Assembly (NCBI GenBank): GCA_951406725.2
Contig: OX597836.1
Span: 4,154,001-4,218,000 of the forward strand
Length of the DNA stretch: 64,000 nucleotides
DNA from: Octopus vulgaris
Taxonomy: Eukaryota
Direction of reading: 5' to 3'
Under the pieces are notes generated by a model that worked only from the letters and a program-made list of their open reading frames with translations, was not told where the DNA came from and ran no database searches. A program made the translations under genes and the position numbers. Shown piece by piece: positions 28,226 through 41,033 of this stretch (the stretch's first letter is position 1; each line of letters begins with the position of its first letter).

Positions 28226-29049
28226 AGTGGCCAAATCATACCACTTTTTTACGTGGGAAATGTACCATTTTCATTACAACAATTATAGAAATAAATACAT
28301 AAGATAGAGACGAGCGCGCACGCACTCACAGACACGCACGCACACACGCACACACACTCACATCTTCATAAATATTTGTGGTATTTGTGGTGCCTCTAGA
28401 GAATTCTTTTACTAACACTATAAAAATTTAGTTGGCGGTTCCTTCTGTGTCACATTAGTTATAAATAGAAACCAATGAGAGAGCCACTACGTATTCTTTT
28501 GATTTGCTAAATATAGCAGCCAAACCAACTATGAATCTTTCTTTTCTGTCTTAAAAAGAGACACTTTGGATAACATAGTAGGATCTCTTCGCTTTCGAAA
28601 AGCATGAGATGGTTGACGGCCGGAAACACTTGAATAATTTAGCAACTCGACCAAGTGTGACAAAGAGCTAAACTTTAGCGGCAAAGCCATACTCACCACA
28701 CACACGCCACCATCACCACCACCACAACCAGTAGAACAACAACAACAACAACAACCAGAAAAAAACTATTGAACGTCAATAAATTCTTTCCACGCTCAGT
28801 AATAGTTTTGTTGTTACTGTTGCTGATAATGTTGACTGCGATGACAATAAATGATGAATGATTAATGATGATTGATGATGATTGATGATGATTAAATTAA
28901 AATAAAATAGGATAAAATTGTAATTTTATTGGTTAAAAGTCAATTGAAAATACGTGAATCAAAGACACGTGTCCCTTGCAGGTGTAAACAGTAGCGACAT
29001 CAACAACATTATAGTTGCTGTTGACACTGCCAGTGCTACTACAACAAAT

Positions 29050-29179
29050 AATGATGATGATGGTCTTGATTATGATGATGATGATGACGATGATTATGAT
29101 GATAATAATAATGATGATGATGATGATGATGATAATGATAATGAAGATGATGATAATAATAATAATAATAATAATAATG

Positions 29180-29222
<43 letters not shown>

Positions 29223-29243
29223 TGATAATAATAATAATGATAA

Positions 29244-29317
<74 letters not shown>

Positions 29318-29328
29318 ACAACAACAAC
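29050..29328. repeat. Compound trinucleotide array (GAT)n/(AAT)n/(AGT)n/(AAC)n
   Basis: Directly visible; abuts a family B tail remnant. Confidence 0.95.
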
Positions 29329-29919
29329 TCTCTATATTATAGGCACAAGTGCTGAAATTTTAGAGAAATTTAATCTTAGGGAAATGAGCAACTTGTTTTT
29401 ATTTCATCCACTCTGAAAGATGAGAGAATTTGAACTCAGAACGTAAAGCCGATCTAATGCTTCGAAGCATTTTGTCCGGCGTGAAGATAATAGGATGTTT
29501 TACTCTTTAATGAATAGCCCTACGGCTTCCCTGAAGCTTCTGGAGATTTTGGAAACCTAATCTCAATTACTTCACAACTTTGAAAATTTTGGCGACAGCA
29601 GTGTTGTTGCTCTGATCATTAGTGAAGCTCTCGATTATACCGGGTTCGCGAATCTCCGATGAAAACTATCAGGTTATAGATCCATACATCTCTTAGCAAT
29701 TTGCGTAGCTTAGCGGTTTGGTAATTGATATCGATAGAATTTTTTCGAGTGTATCATTAATAGTGTTGCCCCAGCATGGACACGGCCCAATGATTGACAC
29801 ACATCAAAGTGAGAAGATATAGCAGATAACTATTTGATATTTGGTATTTCTTTCATATGAATTGAAAAGCAGCTTTCAGCATGGTGCTTGGTACATAGTT
29901 ATGATTGCAAAATAACAAA

Positions 29920-30940
29920 TGATTCCATGCTTCTCAGCAATTCCAAAACTAATTTCAAAAATGAAAAAATTCTAGCTTCCAGGAAAATATTCAGATTATT
30001 GTAAAGCACTGTCAGAACTACAACCGCACCAGGCAAAGTTATAACAGTTTTTGTAAAACATTGATTTGTTTGTGAAATATATAAAATGGTTTTCGAACAC
30101 GGGAAGTATCATACTTTCGTGAAGGCAATCATTTTTGCTTCCATGGAGAGAGCGAGAGACAATGGCAGAAGATCAAGCAGAACAAAGAAATATAGAAAAA
30201 ATACCTCTTTCAAATGATTCAGTTGGACGGCGCTCTTCGTAATTGTCTGCTGACAGTTAGGAAAATAAATGCTGTGATGAGCTTCTACGTTGAAAATTTC
30301 CTTTGCAATTTGATGAGTCAACAGACTTTAGCAATAAAAAGTTGCTATTGGCATTCATTCATTTTATTGACAGGGATAAAATAGTAAGTCTGTTTCTTCA
30401 TTGCAAAGAAATGCCAGCAACTACAAAAGAAGACATTTTTCAATTTTAAATAACGAACATTGAGAAATAAGTTTTATCATGGACATCATGTTTGTTTGTA
30501 TCTGGTTGCATATAGATATATATGTGAGTGTGCGTTTTGTGTGTGTATAGAGAGAGAAGAGAGGTGAGAGACAAGGAGAGAGAGAGAGAGACGTATATAT
30601 ATACATGTGTGGGTGTAAGCATATTATATTGTATCCTTGTATATCTTGTCTATCTATAGAGTCTGAAAAGCTCTTACAATACGCGTGTAAAGGAAAGTAA
30701 AACCCGGTTGTTATTACACCTCGCTGCTTTCCACACAGAGGCAGAGATTTCAAAAACATTCGGACGTGAATTGAAACAGGTTTTAGATCTAGTTATCGCA
30801 ATAGTTTCTTTATTGAACTTACACCATTAAAAACTTTGTTTGGCAAGATTTCGCAGCTCACAACCGATATGAATCGAAGTGTGAAATGGTGATCAAGAGG
30901 AAATGTTTTCTACCGTATGCATGAACTTCGAAAAGAGGGA
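29920..30940 (+). pseudogene. hAT Charlie/Buster (ZBED5-like) transposase fossil, split by a microsatellite
   Basis: KIPLSNDSVGRR...FPLQFDESTDFSNKKLLLAFIHF...LFLHCKEMPATTK, then ELKQVLDLVIAIV and W*SRGNVFYRMHELRKE. Confidence 0.85.
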
Positions 30941-31355
30941 TTTTATTTATTTGTGTTTGTTCCTTTATCTATTTGCTTTTCAGAAAAATAAATCAAAATA
31001 TTTTTTTCTGAGAATCATCTGTTGTGTAAATTTTGGACATCTAGCTTTGAATAACTGACAAAGTTATTTTCGTATCAGAAAACTCAGAACGGATGTATAC
31101 AAGCAAAAAATGAAAAGAAAAACAAAAAAGAAAATATGAATGTACAAATAACCTAGCAACATTACAGAAAAAAAACAGTTCTTATCTGAGAACGATAAGC
31201 TTTAGATGTGAGTTTTAAAATGAGCTCGTTAGGATTAAAACTCGTAAAATGATAATTGCTTCGCTCATAGGAATTATATTTTTTGTCAGTAAGGATGCAA
31301 CATGTTTGGCTCTGAAATCCTTACACCGGAATTCTAACTAATAATGGCTTTAAAG

Positions 31356-31815
31356 CAGGGGTCGGGGAACTTTTTAACCAATAGCCTCAAAATGTATATT
31401 TTTTATACCAGCGATACTTTCTTGATTTGAAAAGAAGAAAATCATAGATTCTTCGAATTCAAAAACGTATGGAATCTACTTATATAGAGAATACAATTAT
31501 AAATATAAAAAGTATAAAACAAATGCGATAAAATAAATTAATATCCTTATAATGAACCAAAAGAATTTTCCTGGAAACTTTTTCCCTTGAGGTTTTGGGG
31601 AAATGACTTTCTTTCATTTTTGTTACAATTACATTTTGATGCCAGAGTAATTTGAATACAGTTGTCGTGGTCCAATCGATTACTTTGATTTGTTTTCACG
31701 CTCACTAGAATGAAGAGTCCTTGTTTGCAGGGGTTGGTTATTGCAGAAGGTTTAATAATAAACCTTAAAGTTTAAAGTATCTGAAGAAGAAATTTGATCC
31801 TGTAGCCAGAAATCT
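31356..31815 (-). mobile_element. 3' end of a second hAT Charlie/Buster element with TIR
   Basis: TIR caggggtcggggaacttttt after 8-mer ctttaaag; minus strand FWL...CKQGLFILVSVKTNQSNRLD matches the dimerisation domain CExGFSxLxxIKTKxRNRLD. Confidence 0.8.
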
Positions 31816-31899
31816 GGAATTAAGAATGAAATATGACGAACTGTTTAAGCATGAATTGAGTATAAATTCAACAGAAACCCATAATAATATCATAATATT

Positions 31900-32281
31900 T
31901 AATGACAAAATGAATTATTTAGCCACATGAGCGTCATTTCGACGGATAACTTCAGAAACCCTGTTAGTCATGGAATCTGTTAAATTTCTTAATAATAGCA
32001 GTTTGGACTGCCTCTGCAGCAGCTTTGATTGTCGCCCATAAGATAACTTTCATCGGCACAACCATCTTGTTTAATGATGGACCAAAGATTCTCGATACGG
32101 TTGAGTTCCGGAAATGCTGGCGACCACACCATCAACCTTTCGTCTTGTATGCTGTAAGACCCTAGGAATCTTTGGGTGGTCCTAGCAGAGAGAGAGGGAG
32201 CGTTTTTATGCATGGATATGCGATTCATTAGAAGTGACAGCGGTATATCATCTACCCAGGGATCTAAGCCCTTCAGGAGAT

Positions 32282-32283
<2 letters not shown>
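31900..32283 (-). pseudogene. Tc1-family DD34E transposase C-terminal fossil
   Basis: MHKNAPSLSARTTQRFL...LMVWSPAFPELNRIENLWSIIK matches DNAPxH...WPxxSPDLNPIENLW. Confidence 0.9.
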
Positions 32284-32322
<39 letters not shown>

Positions 32323-33203
32323 TCGATAGTTGTATACACGCCTTCTGTCCATCAAATTCACTGATAAGAAATTGGTCGATCTGCACCTAGAAACGAGGAT
32401 ATTTGCCAAAGAAATCGTGTGCTGGAGCTGACATCGAAATCACATCGTTGCAAACGAAAACGTCTTAACACAACCAAACATGTCACATTTTATTTTCTGT
32501 TTTTCAATTTTATCTTTCAATCTGATTTCGGATTTTCTTCATCAAGCCACATTAAACGCGAACAACGGAAGAAACTTTTTAATGCATTCAAGAAGAAACA
32601 CGAGTTTGTATAAACATATGTGAACGTACGTCATGTCATCCAGTTCGACTTTCACATCAGCTTGATTAGTAAAATGCGATAAGCAATAATTTTGCTGTCT
32701 ATATCATTATTCTTTATTTTAAAACTTAAAAACGTTTTTTTTTTTTTCAATTCTTGTTTAGCTTTGCATATGAAGTGCGCCAGAAATTTTTACTTGATCT
32801 GTTCTGTGTCACAGAGTGAAAAAGACTTAGAACCATTGAAGTAAGCAATCAAAGCAAATGAAAATCAGATAGCTTCCTCTCACCGTACTCACGATAGCTT
32901 TATACACTTCTCATATGCATACAAAAGATCAAATAAATGCTAGCAGCTCCATCTTCCGATATTGCCGAGATAGCTAAATATCATTATCTAACAGCAGATA
33001 CTGCGCAGTATATATATGTGTGTTATATCTGTCGTATTTTTCCATGTACGTAAGTTTAGTTATATAATCGTACTTATGAACATTCCGAACAGGCAGATTC
33101 TTCGCTTGAGTATAATGGATAGCTCAGCAGATTACTCAGAGTTTTGGTGCCTGAAGCTGGAACGCATATATCACGGATATCAGTGTATGCATTTCTGTGT
33201 GTC

Positions 33204-33529
33204 GGAGGCGCAATGGCCCAGAGGTGAGAGCAGTGGACTGGCGGTCGGAGGATCGCGGTTTCGATCCCCAGACCGGGCGCTGTGTGTGTTTATTGAGCTA
33301 AAACGCCTAAAGCTCCACGAGGCTCCGGTAGGTTGGTGGTGGGGTGGAGACCCCTGTTGTACTCTTTCGCCCCAACTTTCTCTCACTCTCTCTCTCTTCC
33401 TGTTTCTTGAGTAGCGCTGCGATGGTCTGGCGTCCCGTCCAGCTGGGAGGAACACATACGCCACAGAAACTGGGAAACCGGGCCCATGACCCTCGCTAGG
33501 CTTGAAAAGGGCGCATAAATAAATAAAAA
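33204..33529 (+). mobile_element. Full-length tRNA-headed SINE with V-domain-like 3' block
   Basis: A box tggcccagagg, B box gtttcgatccc, ctgcgatggtctggcgtcccgtccag...acagaaactgggaaaccgg, (TAAA) tail. Confidence 0.8.
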
Positions 33530-33986
33530 TTTATATGTGTATATGTGGAGCCTGGGTGGATAAAGATGGGTAGCTTAGTGGCGAATGTGTTGGGTTCAAG
33601 ATAATATTTCGTTGTTTCGTATTGCAGTGGGTAAAGATTTGTGCTCTCGTGTAAGACCCTTCATTTTCTTTTACACCAGTCTATTCATCTGAACGTGTGC
33701 AGCTGCCTAGAGCTGCGGCAGCCCCACTTATTTCTTTGATTCTCTCATGGGGACAAATCCAAAGGTTGGTACTTATTTTATCGACCCAGAAAGGATGAGA
33801 GGCAAAGTTGCACTCAGCAGAATTTGAACACAGAACGTGAAGAAGGACAAAATACCACTAATCTGTTTGCCCGGTGTGCCAACGATCCTACCCAGCTTAC
33901 CGCCTTGATAAAGTATTAATAATGATAAGGAGGGCGGAGTTTTTTTACCTCAATAATTTTATTTAACAGTTATTGGCAGCATTTTT

Positions 33987-34160
33987 AGAAGAAGAAGAAG
34001 AAGAAGAAAAAGAAGAAGAAGAAGAAGAAGAAGAAGAAGAAGAAGAAGAAGAAGAAGAAGAAGAAGAAGAAGAAGAAGAAGAAGAAGAAGAAGAAGAAGA
34101 AGAAGAAGAAGAAGAAGAAGAAGAAGAAACAGAAGAAGCAGGAGGAGGAGGAGGAGGAGA
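33987..34160 (+). repeat. Long (GAA)n tract ending in (GGA)n
   Basis: Directly visible purine-only array of ~140 bp. Confidence 0.97.
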
Positions 34161-34571
34161 ATAGGACTAATGTGAATCGAACAAAGTTTAAATGAGGAAG
34201 ATGAAAGTTGGATATATGAAAGCCTGAGATCTATAGAAATGTTTCTAAATTAAATATTTCGCGGGTATTCATTTCTGGTGAGTTTTCGCCCTTTAGCTAC
34301 AATCAGCCACACTTATGATAAATAATTTATGGAAATTAAAGAAATATACTTTAAAAAGATCCAGGTACAACCAACGGGCGCACATCCAATATTTTCTCTA
34401 ACTTAAGTTTTGATCTCTTAAATTAACTCACTTTTCTCCTTTATTTCCCTTTTTCTGACTTTTCACCATCAACAAATTTAGGATTTTTTCCTCAATGACT
34501 TTAACTTTACAGTTAAGAAATCATTGGAGAAATATATCGTGATTGACTATTCAAGATGTTTATGATGTTTT

Positions 34572-34806
34572 TACCTATTTCTTTACTACCCACAAGGGGC
34601 TAAACACAGAGGAGACAAACAAGGACAGACAGACGGATTAAATCGATTATATCGACCCCAGTGCGTAACTCGTACTTAATTTATCGACCCCGAAAGGATA
34701 AAAGGCAAAGTCGACCTCGGCGGAATTTGAACTCAGAACGTAACGGCAGACAAAATACGACTACGCATTTCGCCCGGCGTGCTAGCGTTTCTGCCAGCTC
34801 GCTGCC
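34572..34806 (-). mobile_element. Full-length SINE family B
   Basis: Colinear with 9149-9384. Confidence 0.92.
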
Positions 34807-35241
34807 AAAATATTTGTAATGTTTGTAGTCAAAATACAAAGTGACTGGACACTTTAAACGTGAAACAAACGGTCTCACACACGGTAAGTTAACTTGCACC
34901 TCTTACACTCTCTCGCACACGCACACACATACAGTCACACAAGCAATCACACGCACACGCACATAATGTCTGTGTGTCAGCGTGTGTATGTATATGCACG
35001 TATGCATGTAAATGTGTGTAGATATATTCGACAAAATCAAAGGAGATACGCAATTATATTCATTTGAATACGGCAAATCCCTGTAGGGGAACAAGCAGCA
35101 AATAATGGACCGGTCTGAATTTTCAGAGTTTTTCACAGATAAATGAAGAAATTTTCTTCCGAAAAGAGTAAAAATAGAGACACACATGTGTACATACACA
35201 CATATAGATACATATGCACGTAGATATATATAGATATATAA

Positions 35242-35478
35242 AAGGCGGCGAGCTAGCAGAATCGTTAGCACGCCGGCCGGAATGCCTAGCGGTATTTCGT
35301 CTGCTGTTACGTTCTGAGTTCAAATTCTGCCGAGGTCGACTTTGCCTTTCATCCTTTCGGGGTCGATAAATTAAGTACCAATCACACACTGGGGTCGATA
35401 TAATCGACTTAATCCGTTTGTCTGTCCTTGTTTGTCCCCTCTGTGTTTAGCCCCTTGTGGGTAGTAAAGAAACAGATA
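35242..35478 (+). mobile_element. Full-length SINE family B
   Basis: aaggcggcgagctagcagaatcg, B box gagttcaaattc, gtcgactttgcctttcatcctttcggggtcgataaattaagtacc, tail gtagtaaagaaa. Confidence 0.93.
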
Positions 35479-35494
35479 TATATGCACGTGCATG

Positions 35495-35534
<40 letters not shown>

Positions 35535-35599
35535 TATATATATATATATACATAAATAATTTTGGGTCGTCCTATGGGAAGACCAAGATGAGATAAATT

Positions 35600-35799
35600 C
35601 TTTTATTCCTTTGCTTGTTTCAGTCATTTCAATGTGGCCATGCTGGAGCATTACCTTTAGTCGAGCAAATCGACCCCAGGACTTTGCAAGCGTAGTACAT
35701 ATTCTATCGGTCTCTTTTGCCTAACAGCTAGGTTACGTGGATGTAAACATACCAACATCGGTTGTCAGTCAATCGATAATGAGGGGAAAAACACAGACT

Positions 35800-35800
<1 letters not shown>
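35600..35800 (-). mobile_element. SINE family A, 3' half
   Basis: cttgtttcagtcatt...ggccatgctggagc...ccaacatcggttgtca, ending at (TA)n. Confidence 0.85.
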
Positions 35801-35857
<57 letters not shown>

Positions 35858-36543
35858 ACTAACATAGGCTCTGTATTTGTAACACCTTTCTAAAATAAAA
35901 CGAAGGCAATATTCAACTATTGTTCCGAATCGGCTATGGGGAAGTTGACAGACAAGCACTCGTTACTGGGTGTCGTTTCTATCAACTTGAAACAGCTGTA
36001 AGCTTGTGATTATGTTAAATCAACTCTTGTTCTTGTTCTAGTATTTAAGTTGTTGTTTAAGTGAGTTTCCTCATGATGTGAATAATTGCGAGTACACACT
36101 GTCAAATAGACGACCACATTAGAAATATATAAAATATGTAAAATTTATTAGTCATATTATGTCTAAACAGAAATATATTGTAAACACTCATACACGCTCA
36201 TTCACACATACACATACACGGACTAACACAGATATATGCAGATATGTATATACAAACCTTTGTACCTATATGTATGCATTTGTGAATGTATACTCACACA
36301 TATATATATTATGTATATGTAAGAGTGAACATACATACGTAAACACATACACACACACTCAAACATAAACACGCTCCCATGGACATATATATACATAAAT
36401 TTACTAACTTCTACTAAATATATTTTAATTTTCTGCTTCGTGTGCTTTTTTTTTTTTTGTTTTGTTTTGGTCACAACATCGATAGTCATATACAGGAATA
36501 CATACATAAATACATAAATACACACATGTACAAATACATACAT

Positions 36544-36576
<33 letters not shown>

Positions 36577-36671
36577 CATACATACACACACGAAGATATA
36601 GATAATTTTATATTTCTTATTGGTATTCATATTAAATATAGTTTGCCCTTATCGCGAATAAAGTTTGTATG

Positions 36672-36706
<35 letters not shown>

Positions 36707-37544
36707 TTGTGTGTATGCATACATACATATACACACATACACACATATACATATACATGTATATATATATGCATACTTACATATATATGTACATACATAT
36801 TTATATATATATATGTGTGTGTGTATGCATGTATATGTATATATATATGTGTATATATATACACACATTTATATTTAAATATACATATAATTATATATAT
36901 ATATATGTATATATATACAAACATATATAGATACATGCATACGTATATATACACGAACACACATACACACACACCCATATATTAATATGTAAGTAATATT
37001 ATAATTGTCAATGTTGTCATCGTCTTCCTCTTCGTTATCATCTCTTCATATTTTAAAATTTTCTTCGTTTTTCAATAAACACACATACGAAGGAAGATTA
37101 ACTCAATTTTACTCTAACCATCCGCCATCACTGCCTTACCTCCCCTTCTACTCCAAACTCCTTCTTTTCCTCTCTCTCCCTCACTTCCTTCCATTACTCT
37201 CCTTACCACCGCATCTCAACGCTTCTACTGCTGCCCTCTACATCCATCTTCTTCCGTTCTACTCTTCCTGCTCCTCTCTTCCCTCTTTTCTGGCACCCTC
37301 TAACCCCCTCAACCCAACCCCCGTCATCATTTTCTCAATATTCAGTGATGAATATTTAACCTTTGGAGATTAGAAACACTTTTTAGACTTTGAAAATTTA
37401 ATATTTTCCACCATTAACATTAATTCTATAATTCTATTTAACATTTCCAACAATACGTTTTTCTTTTCTATGTCTTTCTTTCCATTTATATTTCCTTCGT
37501 TTTGTTGTCATCGTCGTCGTCATCGCATTTCTTGTTGTTGTTGA

Positions 37545-37628
<84 letters not shown>

Positions 37629-37650
37629 CATCATCATAATCATTATCATT

Positions 37651-37964
37651 CTGTAGTTTTATTTATATAACGTGCTTTCACTTCACTACCGAGCGCAGCT
37701 CTGTATGCCTTGGATATGTGCTGTAGTTTCTTGTGATGCTCCTAGTTTTACTGTATTGAAAGTGTTTTACATAGGATGTATGCGGTGCCTAGTAGTGCAA
37801 TTTTCTGTATGTTATATGTGTTTGTAACTCCTGGTGCTTTTGCTATGTATTTGTCTGAATATTTTTTTATCATGCTCAATGCACCTACTATGGTAGGAAT
37901 TGTTCCTGTTTTTAGATTCCACATTCGAGTTACCTCTATTTCCATGCCTTTGTATTTTGAAAGT
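37651..37964 (-). mobile_element. 5'-truncated R4/Dong-clade (RLE) LINE inserted in (TAA)n
   Basis: LSKYKGMEIEVTRMWNLKTGTIPTIVGAL...IQKIALLGTAYIL plus 3' UTR; long (ATT)n on both sides. Confidence 0.88.
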
Positions 37965-37970
37965 TGTTAC

Positions 37971-38053
<83 letters not shown>

Positions 38054-38056
<3 letters not shown>

Positions 38057-39530
38057 CGCGAAGGCACGATAATTTATTTAGCAGAGACTACATCTTGAGC
38101 TTTGGTAACATCAAGTCACCATAAATCTCAAGAAATTTTACTTTGGATTCTTGGCGAATACTGAATGGTACTTTTCTGCGAGGTTGACAATGCGAGTTAC
38201 TATAGCAACCTGCGCCTGTCTTTTAGGTAGCATGTTTGTTGTGGTGCCAAGTGCACCATTTGCTACTGAAATAATTGCTGTCTCTTCAGTTCTCTAGCTA
38301 CATCGTGATATTTCTCGTTATATTTTAATTTCTTTAGTATCAAATGTGACATCAAAGGGAATTGCAATATCTATGATCTTATAATGATTGTTTTTGTACT
38401 CTATAATTCTCTCTTCTCCTTGTTCTGGTAATTTGTTCTGTTTTTACAAGGAAGTTCCACTACATCCTGTAATTCTCATCCTTTATCACAGCCATTTTCC
38501 TATTACTTTGAAGCTACGCACTTGCTTAGCATGGCGGTGCACTCTTCCCTCCACCCACCCAGTTATCCATGTGCTTTTACTCTTTTCGTGGTAGTTTATT
38601 GCACTCACTCAAGAGGTGATTGATATTTTTGTCGCCTCTCCTGAAGATTCCAAATTTGGTGTCTCAATGATTTTTTTGATCTTTGCTTTTATCAGATCCG
38701 TAATAATTACTTGTTCCTGAGCAGATATAATTAGCATTTCGCTACCTGTCTTTCAGCCGGAGCCAGCGTTCTTTAATTCCAATATTCTCGGTTTGTTGCA
38801 TGAATTTACCTGGTAGCTTCTTTTCATTTACCTGTTCTGTTCTTCAATTTCTCTTTGAATTCTCCAACTGTTTCAGTCACTTTTTTTGGATATTTTAGAC
38901 TGTCTGTAGTATACTCTCTTTACTCTGCGCAGCATGATTTTTCAGACCCGACACTGGCGCTCCGTCGGTTACGACGACGAGTGTTCCAGTTAATCTGAAT
39001 GCCTAATCGTGACATTAGCGTGCAAGTGGCAGAGAACTCCACAGACTTGCATACCGTTAATATAGTTCTCTAGGAGATTCAGAGTGACACAAAATGGGAC
39101 AAAGCCGGCCCTTTGAAATACAGTTATTACTCATTTTTGCCAACTGAGTGGTCTTGAGCAAAGAAAAAAAATATCTTGCTCAATGATAAAATGCGCCGCC
39201 TGGAATCGAACCTACGACCTTACAATCGTGATCCTATTACTCAAACCACTCAGCCAGGCGCCCTTAGACCCGGTATCGCAATATAAACAGTGTCTTCTGC
39301 GTTTAGTAATCCTCTCACCCCATCATTATTTGCTAGGATGGTAAGATTTCCAGGATGGTGTGCGTTGTGCCTTGTGAGCAGCTTCCTAGTTCTTCGACCC
39401 AAGTTCTGTATCTCAGTCTTTGTCCATTTCAGAAAGAGAGCAGAGTAACTTAATACTGGCACACTCCATGCATTTCTAGCTTCAATGTTATTCCCTCCAT
39501 TCAGCATTGCCTAGAGTGCCTTTCCATTTC
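38054..39530 (-). pseudogene. Older R4/Dong-clade LINE remnant (post-RT region, zinc knuckle, RLE)
   Basis: LNGGNNIEARNAWSVPVLSYS...RRTRKLLT...HHP; ISAQEQ...INHLLSECNKL; IIDIAIPFD...KE; 3' end abuts (ATT)n. Confidence 0.85.
38951..39265 (-). mobile_element. SINE family D (tRNA head, CORE-like) nested in the Dong remnant, 7-bp TSD
   Basis: A/B boxes on minus strand (tggctgagtgg, ggttcgattcc); agacccg at 38944-38950 and 39266-39272. Confidence 0.85.
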
Positions 39531-40443
39531 TCCTCCAGGGACCAATTATCAAAAATGTTAATGCGTCGAATAAATTGCTCAACGACATTTGGCCCATCTC
39601 TATATTCTGAGTTCGAATCCTGCTGTAGTCAACTTTGCCTTTCGGGGTCGATAAAGTGAGTAAATATTAAGCAATTGGAGTCGATGTAATCTGTGGCGAT
39701 TGGAAACTCGATTCTTTCATTTTCTGCGTAATTGTCGTGTTATGCCGATCAAAATGTTTCTCTGCTGACAAAATCATCCGAAGGTATTACTCATGATGCA
39801 GATATATGTGCTGAGGCTGAGACATCTATCAGGGATTCCATGGAATCAATGACAAACAGTTAGCAGCTCTGATGGCGGTTTGTAACCTTGTTACTACGTT
39901 TTTTAGCAGTTCCTACTTTTGATGGAGTTTTCACACTACGTGGCGGACAGCATTGGAAAAGCTGAATCTCTAACGCAGGAAGATAACACATAAGTTGAAA
40001 ACTTGACAGGAGGATAAACAAAACTTGCATTATAGAGAGAATTGCTTGAAGAAATGCACGATGATAATTTGTGGCGGGTGGCGGGGATAATAAAAAATTC
40101 TCAAAAACGCGCTTGACGAATGCAAGTTTCCCAAAAGATATTTTGGTCGAAAGACCAAGTTGTAGAAAGGAGGATTCGTCTAATGACCAATTCATCGAAT
40201 ACAAATAAATCAAAATCAAATTTTCAAGCTATATTTCTTCAAACATTTTATCAATACAAAACATATTCACAGCAAAATAATTGATTAATTTCTCATTTGA
40301 AGGAGGTATTGGTTTTTAGATTAAAAATATTATTCAGCTTATCTTCAGGTTATCTTGAAATTTCTCTACAAGAAAATAAACGATAATAGATACTTAATCT
40401 CGACTAATTATTTTAAAAGACGTGTTTATAAAACCACAATGTG

Positions 40444-40690
40444 GAGGTGCGTGGCTTAGTTGTTGGGGTGTTGTATTTGTGGTCGTAAGATGGTGGTTTT
40501 ATGAATTCCTGGGTCGGGCGATGCATTGTGGTCTGGAGAAAAACACTTCATTTCATGTTGCTTCTGTCTCCTGAGCTGTAGAAACGAGAAATGCAGGATA
40601 TTCTTACGATGGACGGACGTCCCGTCTAATCTGGTTAATGAAATATATATGCCATAGAATCTGGGAAAAGATCCTTTGGCTCGGAAGGGA
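40444..40690 (+). mobile_element. Diverged V-like SINE
   Basis: ggaggtgcgtggcttagt...aacacttcatttcatgttgc...cgatggacggacgtcccgtc...gccatagaa. Confidence 0.75.
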
Positions 40691-40825
40691 CCTTGGATAT
40701 TTTTTCTTTCGATTTGAAAATAAGACAAGTTATTCATTGAAATATATTTGAATTATGTTTTGTGTATGTGAATGTGTTGTGTCTGTTGGATGGTTCTAGC
40801 GTCTCATATCCTTTATGGGTAGAAT

Positions 40826-41033
40826 ATTGATCGCAAATTTTGTTAGAAGGCCAGTAATTTCAGGGGAGGCGACTACTTCGACTCCAGTGCACGACTGGTA
40901 ATTATTTTATGGATCCCGAAAAGATGAAATATAAAGTTGACGTCAGCGGGATTTGAACTCAGAACGTAATGACGGACGAAATAGCGCTAAGTAGTTTACT
41001 CGGCATCATAACGATTCTGCCAGCTCGCCGCCA
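40826..41033 (-). mobile_element. SINE family B, alternative-tail subfamily
   Basis: atttgaactcagaacgtaa...gattctgccagctcgccgcc. Confidence 0.8.

Noticed and set aside
28954-29416. Poly-D/N/S ORF (also poly-E at 33973, poly-H at 43443, poly-T at 58222)
   Set aside because: Trinucleotide arrays, several adjacent to SINE tails, with no splice or domain support
40060-40220. FW...IPAT resembling a hAT dimerisation domain
   Set aside because: Spacing too short and no SERxFS motif; could be subterminal repeats or chance
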